64,000 nt of DNA from the NCBI GenBank assembly GCA_973895155.1, contig OZ316894.1:8394234-8458233 (forward strand), given 5' to 3'. The notes beneath the pieces are model-generated. The model saw only the letters and a list, made by a program, of their open reading frames with translations, had not been told where the DNA came from and searched no databases. The DNA is from Marsupella aquatica. Taxonomy: Eukaryota; Plantae; Marchantiophyta. Of this stretch, positions 1 through 13,227 are shown piece by piece (the stretch's first letter is position 1; each line of letters begins with the position of its first letter). A program made the position numbers and the translations under genes.

Positions 1-39
1 GCCTAATGTTGATCGCAGTAGTCGCTTTCCCATTTAGAG

Positions 40-450
40 ATTTCGTTTCTTGCATGGTTGCATACAGAATTATGAACTTGTTCACTTGTAAACTGTAAAA
101 ATTTGGTAGGATGTCAACACCATGATTTTGGATCCGGGAGATTGAATAATGAACCGATGGTGGTCATGAACTGACGAACAATTTGGATGTTGCATACAGA
201 ATTGTGAATTCGTTCATTTGTAAAATGAAAAGATTGAGTCGGATGTCAACGTTATTATTTTAGATCTGGGACATTGAATGATGAACAGATGGTGATTCAT
301 GAATTGACAAACAATTGGATATTTGCATACAGAATTGTGAACCTGTTAATTTGTAAAATGAAAAAATATGGTAGGATTACGATTTTGGATCCGGGAGATT
401 GAATAATGAACAGATGGTGATCATGAACTGACAAACAATGCAAAAACATT
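40..450. repeat. ~131-bp intronic tandem repeat (about 3 units), UGT copy 1 intron
   Basis: TACAGAATT..GAACCTGTTCATTTGTAAA..GGGAGATTGAATAATGAACAGATGG recurs at about 64, 195 and 328. Confidence 0.85.
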
Positions 451-453
451 CAG

Positions 454-2524
454 CTGCAGGGTGACATGCCAGTGCTGCCTGTCGGTCCACTAGGGTTGTC
501 CCCTGGACTGTTCTCCAAGAATCTCTCGATGGAAGGTCTTCAACTCGCAGACGAAGCCACAGCCCTCAACTGGCTCAGTGAGCAGCCTCCATCATCAGTG
601 CTGTATGTCAGCTTCGGAACAACCGGCCTGGTAAATCTCGCCAAACGCCATGTGACCGAATTGGCAAAGGGATTGGAGGCCTCCGGCCAAAGATTTGTGT
701 GGGTGGTCAGAGCCCCTCCAGGTGTGGACGAGAACGACCCCGAACTGCTTCCTCAAGGATTTGAAGAGAGAGTGAAGGGACGAGGATTGCTGCTGAGGGG
801 TTGGGCTCCACAGCTCAAGATTCTGGCCCATCCTTCAACCGGGGCGTTCTTGAGTTCCTGTGGCTGGAACTCTGCCATTGAGACTCTCGCCCTCGGTGTT
901 CCTGTCATCGGATGGCCTTCGTATGCTGATCAGCCTGTTGTCGCCAGGTTAGTGCACTATTTGAGTGAAATTTTTAACGGCAAAGTATTAGTGCTCGATC
1001 GATGCATTGCAGTCCTTCTCATATGTCATTCCTCCTGAGATACTTTCTTAGATTTAGTGTACATACAGGGCCTCTCAAATACAATGAATATTTGCGCGTG
1101 TTTGGGAGTCTTGTGACCTTGTTTGGGAGTGCTGTGGGGAACAACTAGTCGGGGCCGTGAGTGGTGACTGAAACTGCTGGCCGACTGCTATGAGGAGAGG
1201 ACCCGGTTTCAGTATCTTCATTGACTCACCTTGCTATTTTCACATACACAAAACCCTTTCAAATTTGAGAGCCTGAAAATATCACTGCCCCACTATATCC
1301 AGTTTAGGTGCGTCCGAGTGCATTGCAGGACACCTTTGAGGTGGGGTTTTTTTCAATAGTTGAGACGCCCTACTAAAGCTTCCCAAAAGTCATGAAAATT
1401 AGTAACCTCTCCCCCAAACTATTCTAAGTGACACCTCGACCCTCAATTTGTGCATGGGGCTGACTGAACTACCGTGGTTAACCCTTGAACCCCCATGATG
1501 AGTCCGCTGCAATTTGGCAAGGTGTGATTGGTACTGCCCACACTCGGTCAACATTGCCCCAAACTGGGCCAGCCGTTCCCCATCGTGACCATGCAAAGGA
1601 GTGGCACAAGTCGCAGGAGACGGTCTGCAAGTGCAAGGGAGGTTATTGATGGGTGAGTGTCGGGTATTGAGGTGGTCTTGATGGGGTTCAGCAGGACCAA
1701 TTGTGCCTCGCCAGTGGCATTGAAAATTGGATCTGTTCGGGGGACAGGTTAGTAAAAAATGGGCTTTACGTATGGTGCTCAAGGGAACTAAAGTATGGGG
1801 ACCTCCTCAAACTGATTGTGATAGGAGGGTTATGGAGAATAATACCAAACATCAAAGAACATACCCAGTAGATATATACCATATTAGGTTGCATATCATG
1901 GAGTTGGGTGAGGTAATAATTTCATTCACTTCTTGGTTATCTTCTCTTCTTTTCTAATTGTCTCTACGTGTAATGCAAATCATGAAAATACATTATAATC
2001 AATGTTTAGGTGACAATACTCTCAGTAAACTTATTCTCCATTGGTTGGCCAATAAGTCTTGTGGGTTTTGTCACCAGGCTGAAATTGTTGTGGGCTTAAT
2101 TAGTAATGAGCTATATGGAGGATCAAGTAGATCACATGAGTGAAAATTTGATGGCTAAATAGATTAGAGTAGCTTAATGCTGGATGTGGAGACAAATATG
2201 GCCTGCTAACAAAAATGGAGCCACTTTGAGGTTGGTTTGATATGCTAACTTATCCGATCTGAAAATTCATGGCTGACCAGGTTTTTGGAAGCAACTCTAG
2301 AGGCGTCGATCACACTTCCAATTAAAAGTGACTTTTTTGTGGAAGCTGACGAGTTTGCCAAGGCAGTCAAAGTTATCTTTCAATCTGAAGAAGGTCAGAC
2401 TGTGAGAGAGTCCATGGGCCAGTATAGGACAGGTATTAGTGCGGATCTAGCGACTGGTGGATCTTCTTATGTGGCCATACTGGAGTTTGCAAACCTAATC
2501 AAGGTCGGGTTGAGGTCCGACTAA
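454..2524 (+). CDS. UDP-glycosyltransferase (GT1 family), copy 1; 5' exons lie outside the window
   Basis: Exon ~454/460-947 encodes the PSPG box WAPQLKILAHPSTGAFLSSCGWNSAIETLALGVPVIGWPSYADQ. Donor GTTAGT at 948 and acceptor CCAG before 2281. Last exon 2281-2524 has the UGT C-terminal GGSSY motif and a TAA stop. Confidence 0.9.
1066..1372. mobile_element. Probable Tc1/mariner-type MITE in UGT copy 1 last intron
   Basis: TA-flanked imperfect TIRs CAGGGCCTCTCAAATA / TAGTTGAGACGCCC. Absent from the paralogous intron at ~7890. Confidence 0.55.
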
Positions 2525-5239
2525 AATGCTTCTCATAAGTTGTGGTTCTATTAAGAGAATCTGTACTATCAAGCTTGCAGCGGTTTACTTTGGACTGAGG
2601 GACCGTAACCTTTTGGGACACAACCTGTTCCCTGCAGCAGCACTGGCATCAGCTAGCTAGTCAGCAAAATCAAACTTCTTTAGATGGACATTTTGCAGAC
2701 AGAATGAGAACTGGTTTTTGTGCAAGTACTGTCCTTATTGAATTGTGTTGAACAGTTTCTTTCTCAAGATTGAGAGGAGAAAATTGGGCTGTGCCACACT
2801 TATAACACATGTCAAATCATACCACAAACTAAGATGGTTCAGTCATGATGTGAGTACATCTTGTCCTTCATTTTTGGCTCTTTTGTTGTGGGAAGAGTTT
2901 GGGGTTGAGGGCTAGTTCAAGAACAGTGGGATCATCTGGGCATAACAGCATAACTCTGGTGGTTGTGGTGTGTTTGTGTGCCTCGAAAACTTTTTTCCAT
3001 GGGATCTAGACCATGCAATAAGGTCATGGAAACTAAGCCTACATGAAAGTAAGGTGCATCAAGTTGTAGTGGAAAAATCCAATTTAAACACTACAGTATG
3101 CAATCCTATTTTCATTTTATGGTCTGTTTATGAAATCTCATTTTGACAGGAAGCCTCACTAACTGTTGGATTATGGTGACATTTTTTCTTAAGCATGAGA
3201 TGGACTAAGGTGTCATTGTGCACCTTTTTCATGCCCAACTCATTACTCTCCCTGCAGCTCACACACCTTGAAATCCAGTTGCCATACCGACTTGCCAACT
3301 CCAACAATGTCTGACTTCCTAGCAATCTCACTTATGCTCAAGTACACTTCTTCCACTCAACATCACTTACATAGACAATACTCTGCATCCCACCCAGCAT
3401 TGGGATAGTTATATATGAATAGTTGGAATCTGGCATGATTTCATTTTATTGATGACATTCAACCATGAAAGCTGAGCAGTTAACTTTCAAGCTGAAGCTC
3501 TTACTATGATTGGAATTTCCAGATTATTTTGGAAAGCTGTCCCTTCTAAAGAAGTCTTTACATCAGAGTTTGATCTATGTCAAGTCTGCTAATGCCTCAG
3601 ATGACAAGGACACTCTGATGTTCAAAGGGAGAAAAAGAACACATGGTAAATTAAAGATGCCACTTTATAGGGTAGACAATTACCTGCAGGGTGCTATGGG
3701 CATACGTGCAGTTACAAAGAAGATAATGTTTTTGGATGGCTTGAAAAGCCCTCCCCATTGCTAAGGGGTCCCTGACCAAAGTTTTCAGTGTTTGGGGTTG
3801 CCTCTAGCAATCTGGGAAAATTTATGTGGGGGCAGGGCACAACATTCCATATGCAATATGACCCTAAGGGACTTATTCCAAGTGCCTTACCTGCCACCAA
3901 CAGCCCCATTGACCATCTCTGAAATCAATTGCAATCTTCAAATCCTGTAGGTGTAACCCAGGGGTTTTTTAATGGCAAAAGTTTGTCAAGTAGGCATCCG
4001 ACCCCCACCCACTATGACCCTTTCCTCCCAGGTCCAGAGCTTCCTCGCCACCCTTTCCACCCTACTCATAAAGCATCCTTGCCACCTTCCTGACATGAAC
4101 TAGGCCTCCCTCACCATCACCCTCTGCCCTGCAGTGGAAGGTTGACATCCCTCCCCACACCAAACCCTTTATCCAAATGAGAGGTCTGAATCCTTACAAA
4201 TCAATCATTGCCAAGCAAAGAGTCCAGATGATTCTTTGAGACAAAAACATTCTAGCATCAAGATGAATATCAACAATCAAATCCCACTGTGCGACAGATT
4301 TCCACTTCCTCTAGACTACAGTCCTTCTCCAAACTTTGTGAAGGTAACCCAATCTCCTAACCATAATGGAAATAAAAACTATGTCAATAAAAACTTTGCC
4401 TGTAACTGAATCTCCTAAACCATAATGGAAATGTAGGTAAAGTCAATAAAAACATTTATTATGTAGATGATCTAATTGTTTAAATGTGAAGTGCTCAGTC
4501 TCCCTGTCAGCTGTCATGACTCAGCTGGCATGACTGGGTTACTCCTTGACTTGTTGGGCCTCTGTGGTCTTCTTGGGATCTTTTCTTCCCCCCCCCCCCC
4601 CCCCAATTATTGGGTTCTTGACCATGTGTCCCAGTTTACTGTCTTTTTGGCACTGTGATATATACTGGAGACAACCTACCAATCCATCCAAGCCGTAATT
4701 TACTGTTGTGGATGACCTACCCATCCTCCAAGCCCTAATTTACTCTTGTGGATGACAGGAGACAACCTTCCAATCAAAGCCTTACTTTACACTCGTCGCA
4801 CATGATATAATATTATTGTGTTGATTGTGTATTACAGTATTCATTTCTATAAGGAGGAATGACTCTGGCAGGACAATGGTATTATTGTGTTAGATTGGGT
4901 GTTTGATTGGGCCAGCGTAGATGGAACTATGGTCATAGCCAGGTATAAATTGCTGGTCGCAGTGGAGAATGTATCTCGTGTGAATCGAGCTAGGGACTCA
5001 AAATCTGAGATTCATTTGAGGAAATGGAAACTCACAGTTCACAACTCGCAATGCGAGTCCTAACGGATCGAGGTGGGCGAAGTGCTGCTCAGCAGTTAGC
5101 ACCCATTAGCGATAACACTGAGCCTGAACTAAGAGATAGGCGAAGTTCAGTGTGCAGAGCATCGATTGGAAATGAATGATTATCGGCAGGCACTCACTGC
5201 CATTTGATCAAACTTGAAGGAGTTCAATCACTGTCCAGG

Positions 5240-8200
5240 ATGGGGTTGAGCAAGCAGCCACTGTCAGCGGATGGGAGCACAGCTACCGAACCAAAGGTGA
5301 ATCGTAAGAAGATGGCTCCTCCTCACTTGCTGATGGTTCCCTATCCTGCCCAACCTCACATCCTTCCTATGCTGAGTCTGGCCCGCCAGATAGTGAGCCA
5401 TGGGGGAATCAAGATCACTTTCTTGTGCCATCAAACGCTAATCAATCGTATCCCCGAAAGCGATTCAATTCAATTTAATTCAAGTGATTCAATTCAATTC
5501 GTCGGCGTTCCGGATCATCTGCCAGGCTTCGATCCACCAAGTGACCTCCCTGTCAATCCAATCGTGCTTCGAGAGAGCTTGGAACTAGGGCACTGCATGG
5601 GACCGTTCGTAGACAAGCTGCTGCAAGACGAGGACAACCTTCAAGGACCCACCTGCATGATTACGGACTGGATGCATTGGTGGGGAATTGTAAGTATGCT
5701 ATATGGTTTCATGATGTAATTTCTCACTGTTGTCCGTAGAACTTGCTAGGCACCATTTGTCAAGGTTTCAGCACTGACTAGTTTGTCTAGCTAGAGCCTG
5801 GCTGACACCCAAGCCTAGAGGTGTCTTGAAATCAAAGTGTGCAGGGCTCAATTCAAGTCGAGCCTGCTGCCGAACATACCCGTTAGTTAGGAGTTCCTGA
5901 GCATGGAGTTAGGTCGGGCAGGTCTGCAAGGAGAATCAAAGATGTAGTAACAAATGTTGTTTTGCAATTGCTTGGAACGGAAGGACTCAATTCAGTGAGG
6001 GGTGGCTGGCTGAGTAGAAATGCGGTTTTTGCATAACATGCATAGTTTCCTGGTATGCAGGAAATTGCTGCCAAGCTGAGCATTCCCAGGTTTGTGCTCT
6101 GCGTCAGTTCAGCTACCATGGTGCAACTTACGTTACATTGCGCTGCGAGTGGATACCTGATTAATAACAACGATGAATTCGAGCGGATACCAGGAATACC
6201 ACCTTTCCAGGCGCACCATGTTAATAAGGAGTTCAGGAATGATTACGAATTCCATGAGGCCTTTCTCACCCGGTTTCCCAAGTCTGTCCGGGAATCTGAT
6301 GGAGTGTTGGTGAATACGTGCTTGACATTGGAATCTGAAGTCCTCAACTCGATCCGAGACACGGTATGCGCGTCCTACCTTCAAACATCAATCATGCGAG
6401 GTCGACTCTAGGGAACCACGGTACGAAGAAGAAACGAGACTACCCACTAGAAAAGATACAGTAAGGCAGATTACAATTACTTACCCATTTTAATCGGAAG
6501 TCCAAGTCTCGGTCCAAATGACCGCACAAACAAAATCATTGTCTCATCTACATGTAGTCCAATAATACAGAAGAATTTGGAAGGTTGTCTTTCACATAAT
6601 TGTAAGTACACAGAACAAGTTCTTTCTCGCCCAAGTTCCCCAAAATGCAGAAACTAGCAATGAAGATAGAAAATTATTTACAAATGATCTAGAAATCTTG
6701 AGAGCAAAAACTGCCTCGTATAAGCTCCATTCAATACGGATAAAATTGTACAAGTAGTTGGATCTATAAACGAGACCCACTTGGAAAGAACAGCCTGTAC
6801 ATAGAAGACGACTTTGTCAAGCCTTCTTTCCTAATGTTGATCGCAGGAATCGCTTTCTCGGTTAGAGATTTCGTTTCTTGGATGTTTGCGTACAGAATTA
6901 TGAACCTGTTCATTTGTAAACTGTAAAACTTTGGTAGGATGTTGACACCATGATTTGAATCTGGGATATGGAATAATGAACAGATGGTGATCATGAACTG
7001 ACAAACAATTTGGATGTTGCATACAGAATTGTGAACCCGTTCGTTTAAAAAATGTAAAAGATTGAGTAGGATTTCAACGTCATCTTTTTGGATCTGGGAG
7101 ATTGAATGATGAACAGATGGTGATCATGAACTGACAAACAATTGGATGTTGGCATACAGAATTGTGAACCTGTTCATTTGTAAAACGTAAAAATTGGGTA
7201 CGATCATGATTTTGGATGTGGGAAATTGAAGAATGAAGAGATCGTGATCATGAACTCACAAACATTGCAAAAACGTTCAGCTGCAGGGTGACATACCAGT
7301 GCTGCCCGTTGGTCCACTAGGGCTGTCCCCTGGACTGTTCTCGAAGAATTTGTCGATGGAAGGTCTCCAGCTAGCAGACGAAGCCATAGTCCTCAACTGG
7401 CTCAGTGAGCAGCCTCCATCATCGGTGCTGTATGTCAGCTTCGGAACAACCGGGCTGTTTAATCTCGCCAAACGCCATGTGACCGAATTGGCAAAGGGAT
7501 TGGAGGCCTCCGGCCAAAGATTTGTGTGGGTGGTCAGAGCCCCTCCCGGTGTGGACGAGAACGACCCAGAACTACTTCCTCAAGGATTTGAAGAGAGAGT
7601 GAAGGGACGAGGATTGCTGCTGAGGGGTTGGGCTCCACAGCTCAAGATTCTGGCCCATCCTGCAACCGGTGCGTTCTTGAGTTCCTGTGGCTGGAACTCT
7701 GCCATTGAGAGCCTCGCCCTCGGTGTTCCTGTCATCGGATGGCCTTCGTTCGCTGACCAGCCTGTTGTTGCCAGGTTAGTGTACTATACGAGTGAAATTT
7801 TCATGGGCAAAGTAATAGTGCTCGATCGATGCATTGCAGTCCTTCTTATCTGTCATTCCTGAGATCATTCCTTACGTTTAGTGGTGTACATACTGTTTAT
7901 ACTAAAGCTGCCCCAAAGTCATGGAAACTGGTAATCTCTCCCCCAAACTATTTTAATTGTCATTGCTACCCTCAATTTGTACACAGGGTTAACTAGACTA
8001 TGGTAGTTAATCATAGGTCCCTCATGATTGGCCTGCTGCCATATGGCAAGCCATGATTGGTCCTGCCAAGCCCCGGTCAGCATTGCCTTATACCCCATCA
8101 CAAACATGGGCAGGAGAGGCTCAAGTTGCAGGTGGCGTCTGCTAGGGCAAGTGAGCTCAGCGAGACCAATTGTGCCTCGCCAGTGGCACTGGACCAATCC

Positions 8201-9159
8201 CAGGGGACCTGGGAACAGTTTAGTAAAGGATGGGCCCTACAGCTTACTATATAATCGCAAACCAAAGCTACTTTTAAGGGCTATGGTCTAGAGTGAAGCC
8301 TCTAAACCTTAACTCAAATAAGGACAAAATGTATAATGACTTTGAAAAAGACAAATCTAAAAGGTGCACAAAAAAATAGGTATGCAAAGATAATGGAAAA
8401 GAGTATAGATTTATTTATTTATTTATTCAATTTTTTTTGTTTTCAATTCTATTTATGTTCAAGGAAGGTGTAGTCAGGCTAGTAATATTGGTGACTGAAG
8501 TACCTCGAAACAGAATGTGAGAGTAAGGTTATGGAGAGTAATACCTGACATCAAAGAATCTATCCAATCTACATATACAGTAGTAGGTTGCATATCTTGG
8601 AGTTGGTGAGGTAATACTTCCATTAACTTCTTGGTAATCTTCACCTTTTTTCTAAATTTATGTACATGTAGAGCAAATCATGAAAATACACTATAATCAA
8701 TGTTTAAGTCACTAAATATTCTAAACTGATACTCTATCCATTGGCTTGTAGGTTTTGTCACTAGACTGAAATTGTTTCATTCTTAATTAGTAATCGTATA
8801 GAGGTTCAAGTAGATGACATGGGACAAAGATCTACATCTAACAAAAATGGACCCACTTTGAGGTTGGTTTGATATGCTTAACTTATCTGAACTGCCCGAA
8901 TTGATGGATGACCAGGTTGTTGGAAGCAACGTTGAAGATGTCAATCACACTTCCAATTAGAAGTGACTTTTTTGTGGAAGCTGAAGAGTTTGCTAAGGCA
9001 ATCAAAGTTATCTTTCAATCTGCAGAAGGGCAGACCATGAAAGAGAGCATGGGCCAGCACAAGACAGGTATTAGTGCAGATCTAGCAACTGGTGGATCTT
9101 CTTATGCGGCCATACTGGAGTTTGCAAACCTAATCAAGGGCTGGTTCGTGTCCGCCTAA
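5240..9159 (+). CDS. UDP-glycosyltransferase (GT1 family), copy 2, complete, 4 exons
   Basis: Exons 5240-5689 (PHLLMVPYPAQPHI with catalytic His; start could instead be ATG ~5311), 6061-6363, 7281/7287-7774 (PSPG box) and 8916-9159. All GT-AG and phase-compatible. Confidence 0.92.
6860..7275. repeat. ~131-bp intronic tandem repeat (about 3 units), UGT copy 2 intron 2
   Basis: Same unit at about 6891, 7022 and 7155; paralogous to 40-450. Confidence 0.85.
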
Positions 9160-10115
9160 GTTGCTGCTCATAAGGTGTGTTCCTATTAAAAGAGTCTATA
9201 CTATCAAGCTTGCAGCATTTAACTCTGGACGAAGGGAAATAGGGCCATAACCTTTTGGGACACAACCTGTTCCCTGCAACAGCACAGGCAATCAACTAGT
9301 TAGTAAAATCAAGCTTCTTTAGATGGACACTCTGAAAGCAAGAATCGAGATGCACACTCTTCACATAGAGAGGACGACAGGATGCGAACTGGATTTTGTG
9401 CAACTACTGTCATTATTGAAATGTGTTGAGCAATTTCTTTTTAAAGCCAGTTCGAGTGGAGAAAAGTGGACTTGCACCACAGTTTTAACACAATTCTAAT
9501 CATAGCAGGATGTGAGTGCATCTCATGGTGTGAGTGCATCTTTTCTTTCATTTTGTCTTGTTACTTGTGAAAACAGTTTAGGGTTAGTTCATGACAGTGG
9601 GATCATGTCGGCATACCTGCAGAAGTGTGGTGGTTATGGTGTGTGTTTGTGTGCCTCAGAACCCTTTTTTCATGGGATCTAGACCATGCAATAAGGTCAT
9701 GGAAACTAAGCCTACTTGCAATGTAAGTAAGGTGCATTGAGTTGTAGTAAAGTAAAACCCAAATTAAACACTATATTACACAATCTTAGCCTGTTTTTTT
9801 ACTACATTCAACTCAAATTGGTAGTATACTATGCAATCTTGTTCTCTTCTCATGGGCTGTTTATAAAATGTCATTTTGGCATAAAGCCTCTCTGGCCATT
9901 GGATTATGGTGACTATTTTCTTAGCCATGAGATGGACCTAAGGTGTTGTGCACCTTTTTCATGCCCAGCTCATCACTCTCTCCACAGCTCACACACTCCT
10001 TGAAATCCAATTCTAAGGCTGACTTCTCAAACCCCAACAATGCTCAATTGCCTCGCCATCTCACTTATGCAAGGGCACTTTCCTCAACATCACTTACATA
10101 GATAGTATTGTGCAA

Positions 10116-10661
10116 CCCAGGGTTCTCACTTCTTTTCTTTCGACCCATCTGTTGAGCATAGACGACACTCGTAACGGTAAACACATGACACATCCAACGC
10201 GCAAGTAGTTGACACAAGAAATACATGGTTCACCTCCTCGAGGTTACGTCCACGGGAACACACAAGAGAGCTTTACTGAACTCTAAGCCCGTCGGCCATA
10301 CCAAGTTTCCACAGTGTAAGCTCTTCTCATCTCTCAAGTGGTTCCATAACAATGAGCCTAAGTTCCATTTATCCAAGTAAACACCGCTTGGTATATAGTG
10401 TGCATCCTAGTTAGCCTAACTATGGTTACATGTCGTAACCCTAGACCTTGAGTAAATACCTAACACCATCGCACGCGAAGAAGTTAGGGTTTTTTAATTC
10501 AATTGTGCAAAAGACTTTAAAATTTTTGTTGAAGAAAGAATATTCCACAAATTTAAGGGTTAAAATAGTTAAATGCTACTTTATTTTCTTAAGTTTTAGG
10601 GTGTTATTATTTGAAAACTTTGCGTGGGATATGGGAACTCCCTTGGAGTGAGGCCCCTGAG
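10116..10661. mobile_element. 8-bp-TSD MITE interrupted by a solo LTR
   Basis: TIRs CCCAGGGTTCTCACT / AGTGAGGCCCCTGAG; TSD TTGTGCAA/TTGTGTAA. Absent at the paralogous site (~3385). An uninterrupted relative lies at 48450-48690. Confidence 0.85.
10150..10465 (-). mobile_element. Solo LTR of the copia family seen at 49862-56460
   Basis: TGTTGAGCATAGACGAC...GAGTAAATACCTAACA with TG..CA ends and 5-bp TSD CCATC on both sides. Confidence 0.92.
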
Positions 10662-11256
10662 TTGTGTAACCCACGGGCATGGGGATAGTCATATATGAAC
10701 AGTCGGGACCTGGTGAGATTTCATTTTATTGGCAACAACCATGTAAGTTGTGCAATTGAATTTCATGTTGAAGCTCTTACTAAGGATTGGAATTTCCAAA
10801 TCAATTTGCCAAACTATCTTTCCTAAATTAGTCTTTACATTAGAGTTTGATCTATGACAACTTTGATATTGCCTCATGATGACCTGCAATGACACTCTGA
10901 TGTTCAAAAGAAGAGAACTAATACAGTTAAAATTAAAGATGTCACTTTATAGGCTAGACAATTACCTGTAGGGTGTTGAGTGCCTTACCTGCAATTATAG
11001 ATAAACACTTTCTCTGGCAGTTATAGGAAAAACACTTTCTCTGGATGGCTTGACAAGCCTTCCACAAACAACTTCTGTTGCTAAGGGATGCCTGACCAAA
11101 GTTTTTAGTGATTGGGGTTGCCTCTAATGATCTGGGAAAATATAAGTGGGGTGGGGCACAAGACCCCAAGCAATGTTACGAATAGCCCCATTGATCATCT
11201 TTGAAATCAATTGCAATCATTAAATCCTGTAGGTGTAGCGTAGGTGTAGCCAGGGC

Positions 11257-11739
11257 GGGATTTACTAAGTTGCCACTGAATTTTTTTTCTAATTATCACA
11301 ATGTTGCTGCTTTGTGTATAGGTTAATAAAATTAGCTTAGGTTAGCTCTTTCACATCCATGGCTATCATTGCACCCAGTTTCTCGATAGGATGGCCCGGG
11401 TCTTTCTGAAGGTGACTTTGATCACCTTGGGTTAGTTGACCAAGGGGTAGGTCAGGTGCTCTCATCTCCCACACTATGCTTAGCTCCTGTCCAGGGCCAG
11501 CGTGTCCCTGCGCAAGCCTCTGCCTCTGTCCTGCTGAAGGTGGTCAAAGTCATCTTGAGGGAGACCAAAGTTGCAAGGTTGGGTGTAATGAGAGCCATTG
11601 GATGCGGGACTGGATGTGAAGGTGCTAACTCATGTTAATTTTAGTAATTCACAAATAAAACAAGTGGCATTATGATAAAAAATAAATTCAGTGGCAATGT
11701 ATGTATATGCCAAAAAAGAATGGCACTCTAGTAAATCCC
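11257..11739. mobile_element. Degenerate foldback / Mutator-like MITE
   Basis: Long imperfect inverted arms: GGGATTTACTA..TTGCCACTGAATTT..GGTGACTTTGATCACCTT versus AAGGTGGTCAAAGTCATC..AAATTCAGTGGCAA..TAGTAAATCCC. Confidence 0.7.
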
Positions 11740-12254
11740 AATTTTGATAATTACACATAAAAATGTAGCAGCATACTAGGGTGCTCGGGAGGGTGCTATG
11801 TGGCATATGTCCACAAGTTGAACTGGTTTTACATAGCATGATAAACCCAATTATTGTTTGTATTAGTGAGTGTTGTTCCCTCTTTTATCGAGTATCCATA
11901 CATGGCACGTACGTGCCCACAACTTGAACTGATTTTATATACCACGATAGACCCAATTATTTTCTTATATTAGTAATACTTTGTCCATCTAAGTGTTGAT
12001 ATCAGATTTCTGCCTTTTGGTGACAAATATTGACTTAAATCAACACCTAGTTAAAATTCCCTAGCCTTCTTGGAGTCCGGTACCCTGCTCATCTCAGCTT
12101 CCAATGCATCCTATCGACCCACCCTTCTATATGTCGGTTGCTATTTTGGCTAAAACCACCAAGCATGCCAGCACAGGAACCCGGGCTCTAAGGACACAAG
12201 TTTAGCATTGTGCCATGGACCCTAACGACGCAATCATCATCATAGAAACCCCTA

Positions 12255-12510
12255 CATGGCAGAGGAGTGCATCAATAGAATCTGGATCTTAAACCCATCC
12301 GGGTGTGCAAGGCATGCCAGAACAGTAACCCTGTTGCAACATAATAACTGTGCATCAATGTGAGCTAGACCCTGAGCCCTCAGAATGCACAAGTGGGATG
12401 CCATAACCGGTCGCAGCAGTGGAGTGCATCAATGTGAGCCAGACCTTGGGCCCTCAAAGTACACAAGTGGATGCTAGAACCAGACACGGTGGAGGAGTGC
12501 ATCAATGCCA
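12255..12510. repeat. Degenerate ~75-bp tandem repeat
   Basis: GTGCATCAATG core four times; ...AGACCYTG.GCCCTCA.A.T.CACAAGTGG in two adjacent units. Confidence 0.65.
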
Positions 12511-13227
12511 CTCGGAACCTGCGCCCATGTGTAGATTTCCAGCCCGTTTACAGATCTAGATCGAGGGCGTGTGCCATTTCCCAATGACCAACGTCTAGAA
12601 ATGCAACATGTAAGAGATATATGCTTGATGGATCCCCTGGTGAAACTTGTTTTACCTGATGGGCCCCCATGAAACGTTTTTACCAAGTGGGACCCCTCTT
12701 AATGACCCCCCCAAATGACCTGTACACCTGTTCTTGTGTGGTGTCTACTATGTACAGTTAATCACACCCATTGCCTTGTAGTGCACTATGCTCCCAGCCT
12801 AGTCCACCACGCCTGTCATCGTAGTCTACAACCGCTAATCCACCACAAAGGTCATTGTAGTCTACAACGGTTCATCGAAATGGGCAACAATGCCATTACC
12901 ACAAGATTTGACAGGTTAATGCCTAAAGACAATGGATTATGTCTTCCCGTGTTTCAAGGTTTAGGGTTTGAAGTGTACCCCGACACCTTCGAGTCTATTT
13001 TCTTTTGGAATTGTTTGTATGCATTGCGCAGGGGAGTATCGTCATTTTTTAAGCACATTTGTCAATCATTTGTCAATTTTTGTTGTGGCGGCAGTGGGGG
13101 AATTCCAAACATTGAACTTGAATATTCACTATGGACATTTGGAGGTACTCCGCATTGACACTAACAATCGCAAATGAAAACATCATGGAAAACCCATGTG
13201 CACCGTGTGAAAAGCATATCTAACGAC

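Larger units (their letters stand above)
1..11250 (+). repeat. Tandem segmental duplication carrying the UGT pair (offset ~6.8 kb)
   Basis: 1-~3960 aligns by eye with ~6829-11250, covering introns, exons and 3' flank, apart from copy-specific insertions. Confidence 0.9.

Noticed and set aside
4587-4604. Poly-C run
   Set aside because: A simple homopolymer with no supporting functional context.
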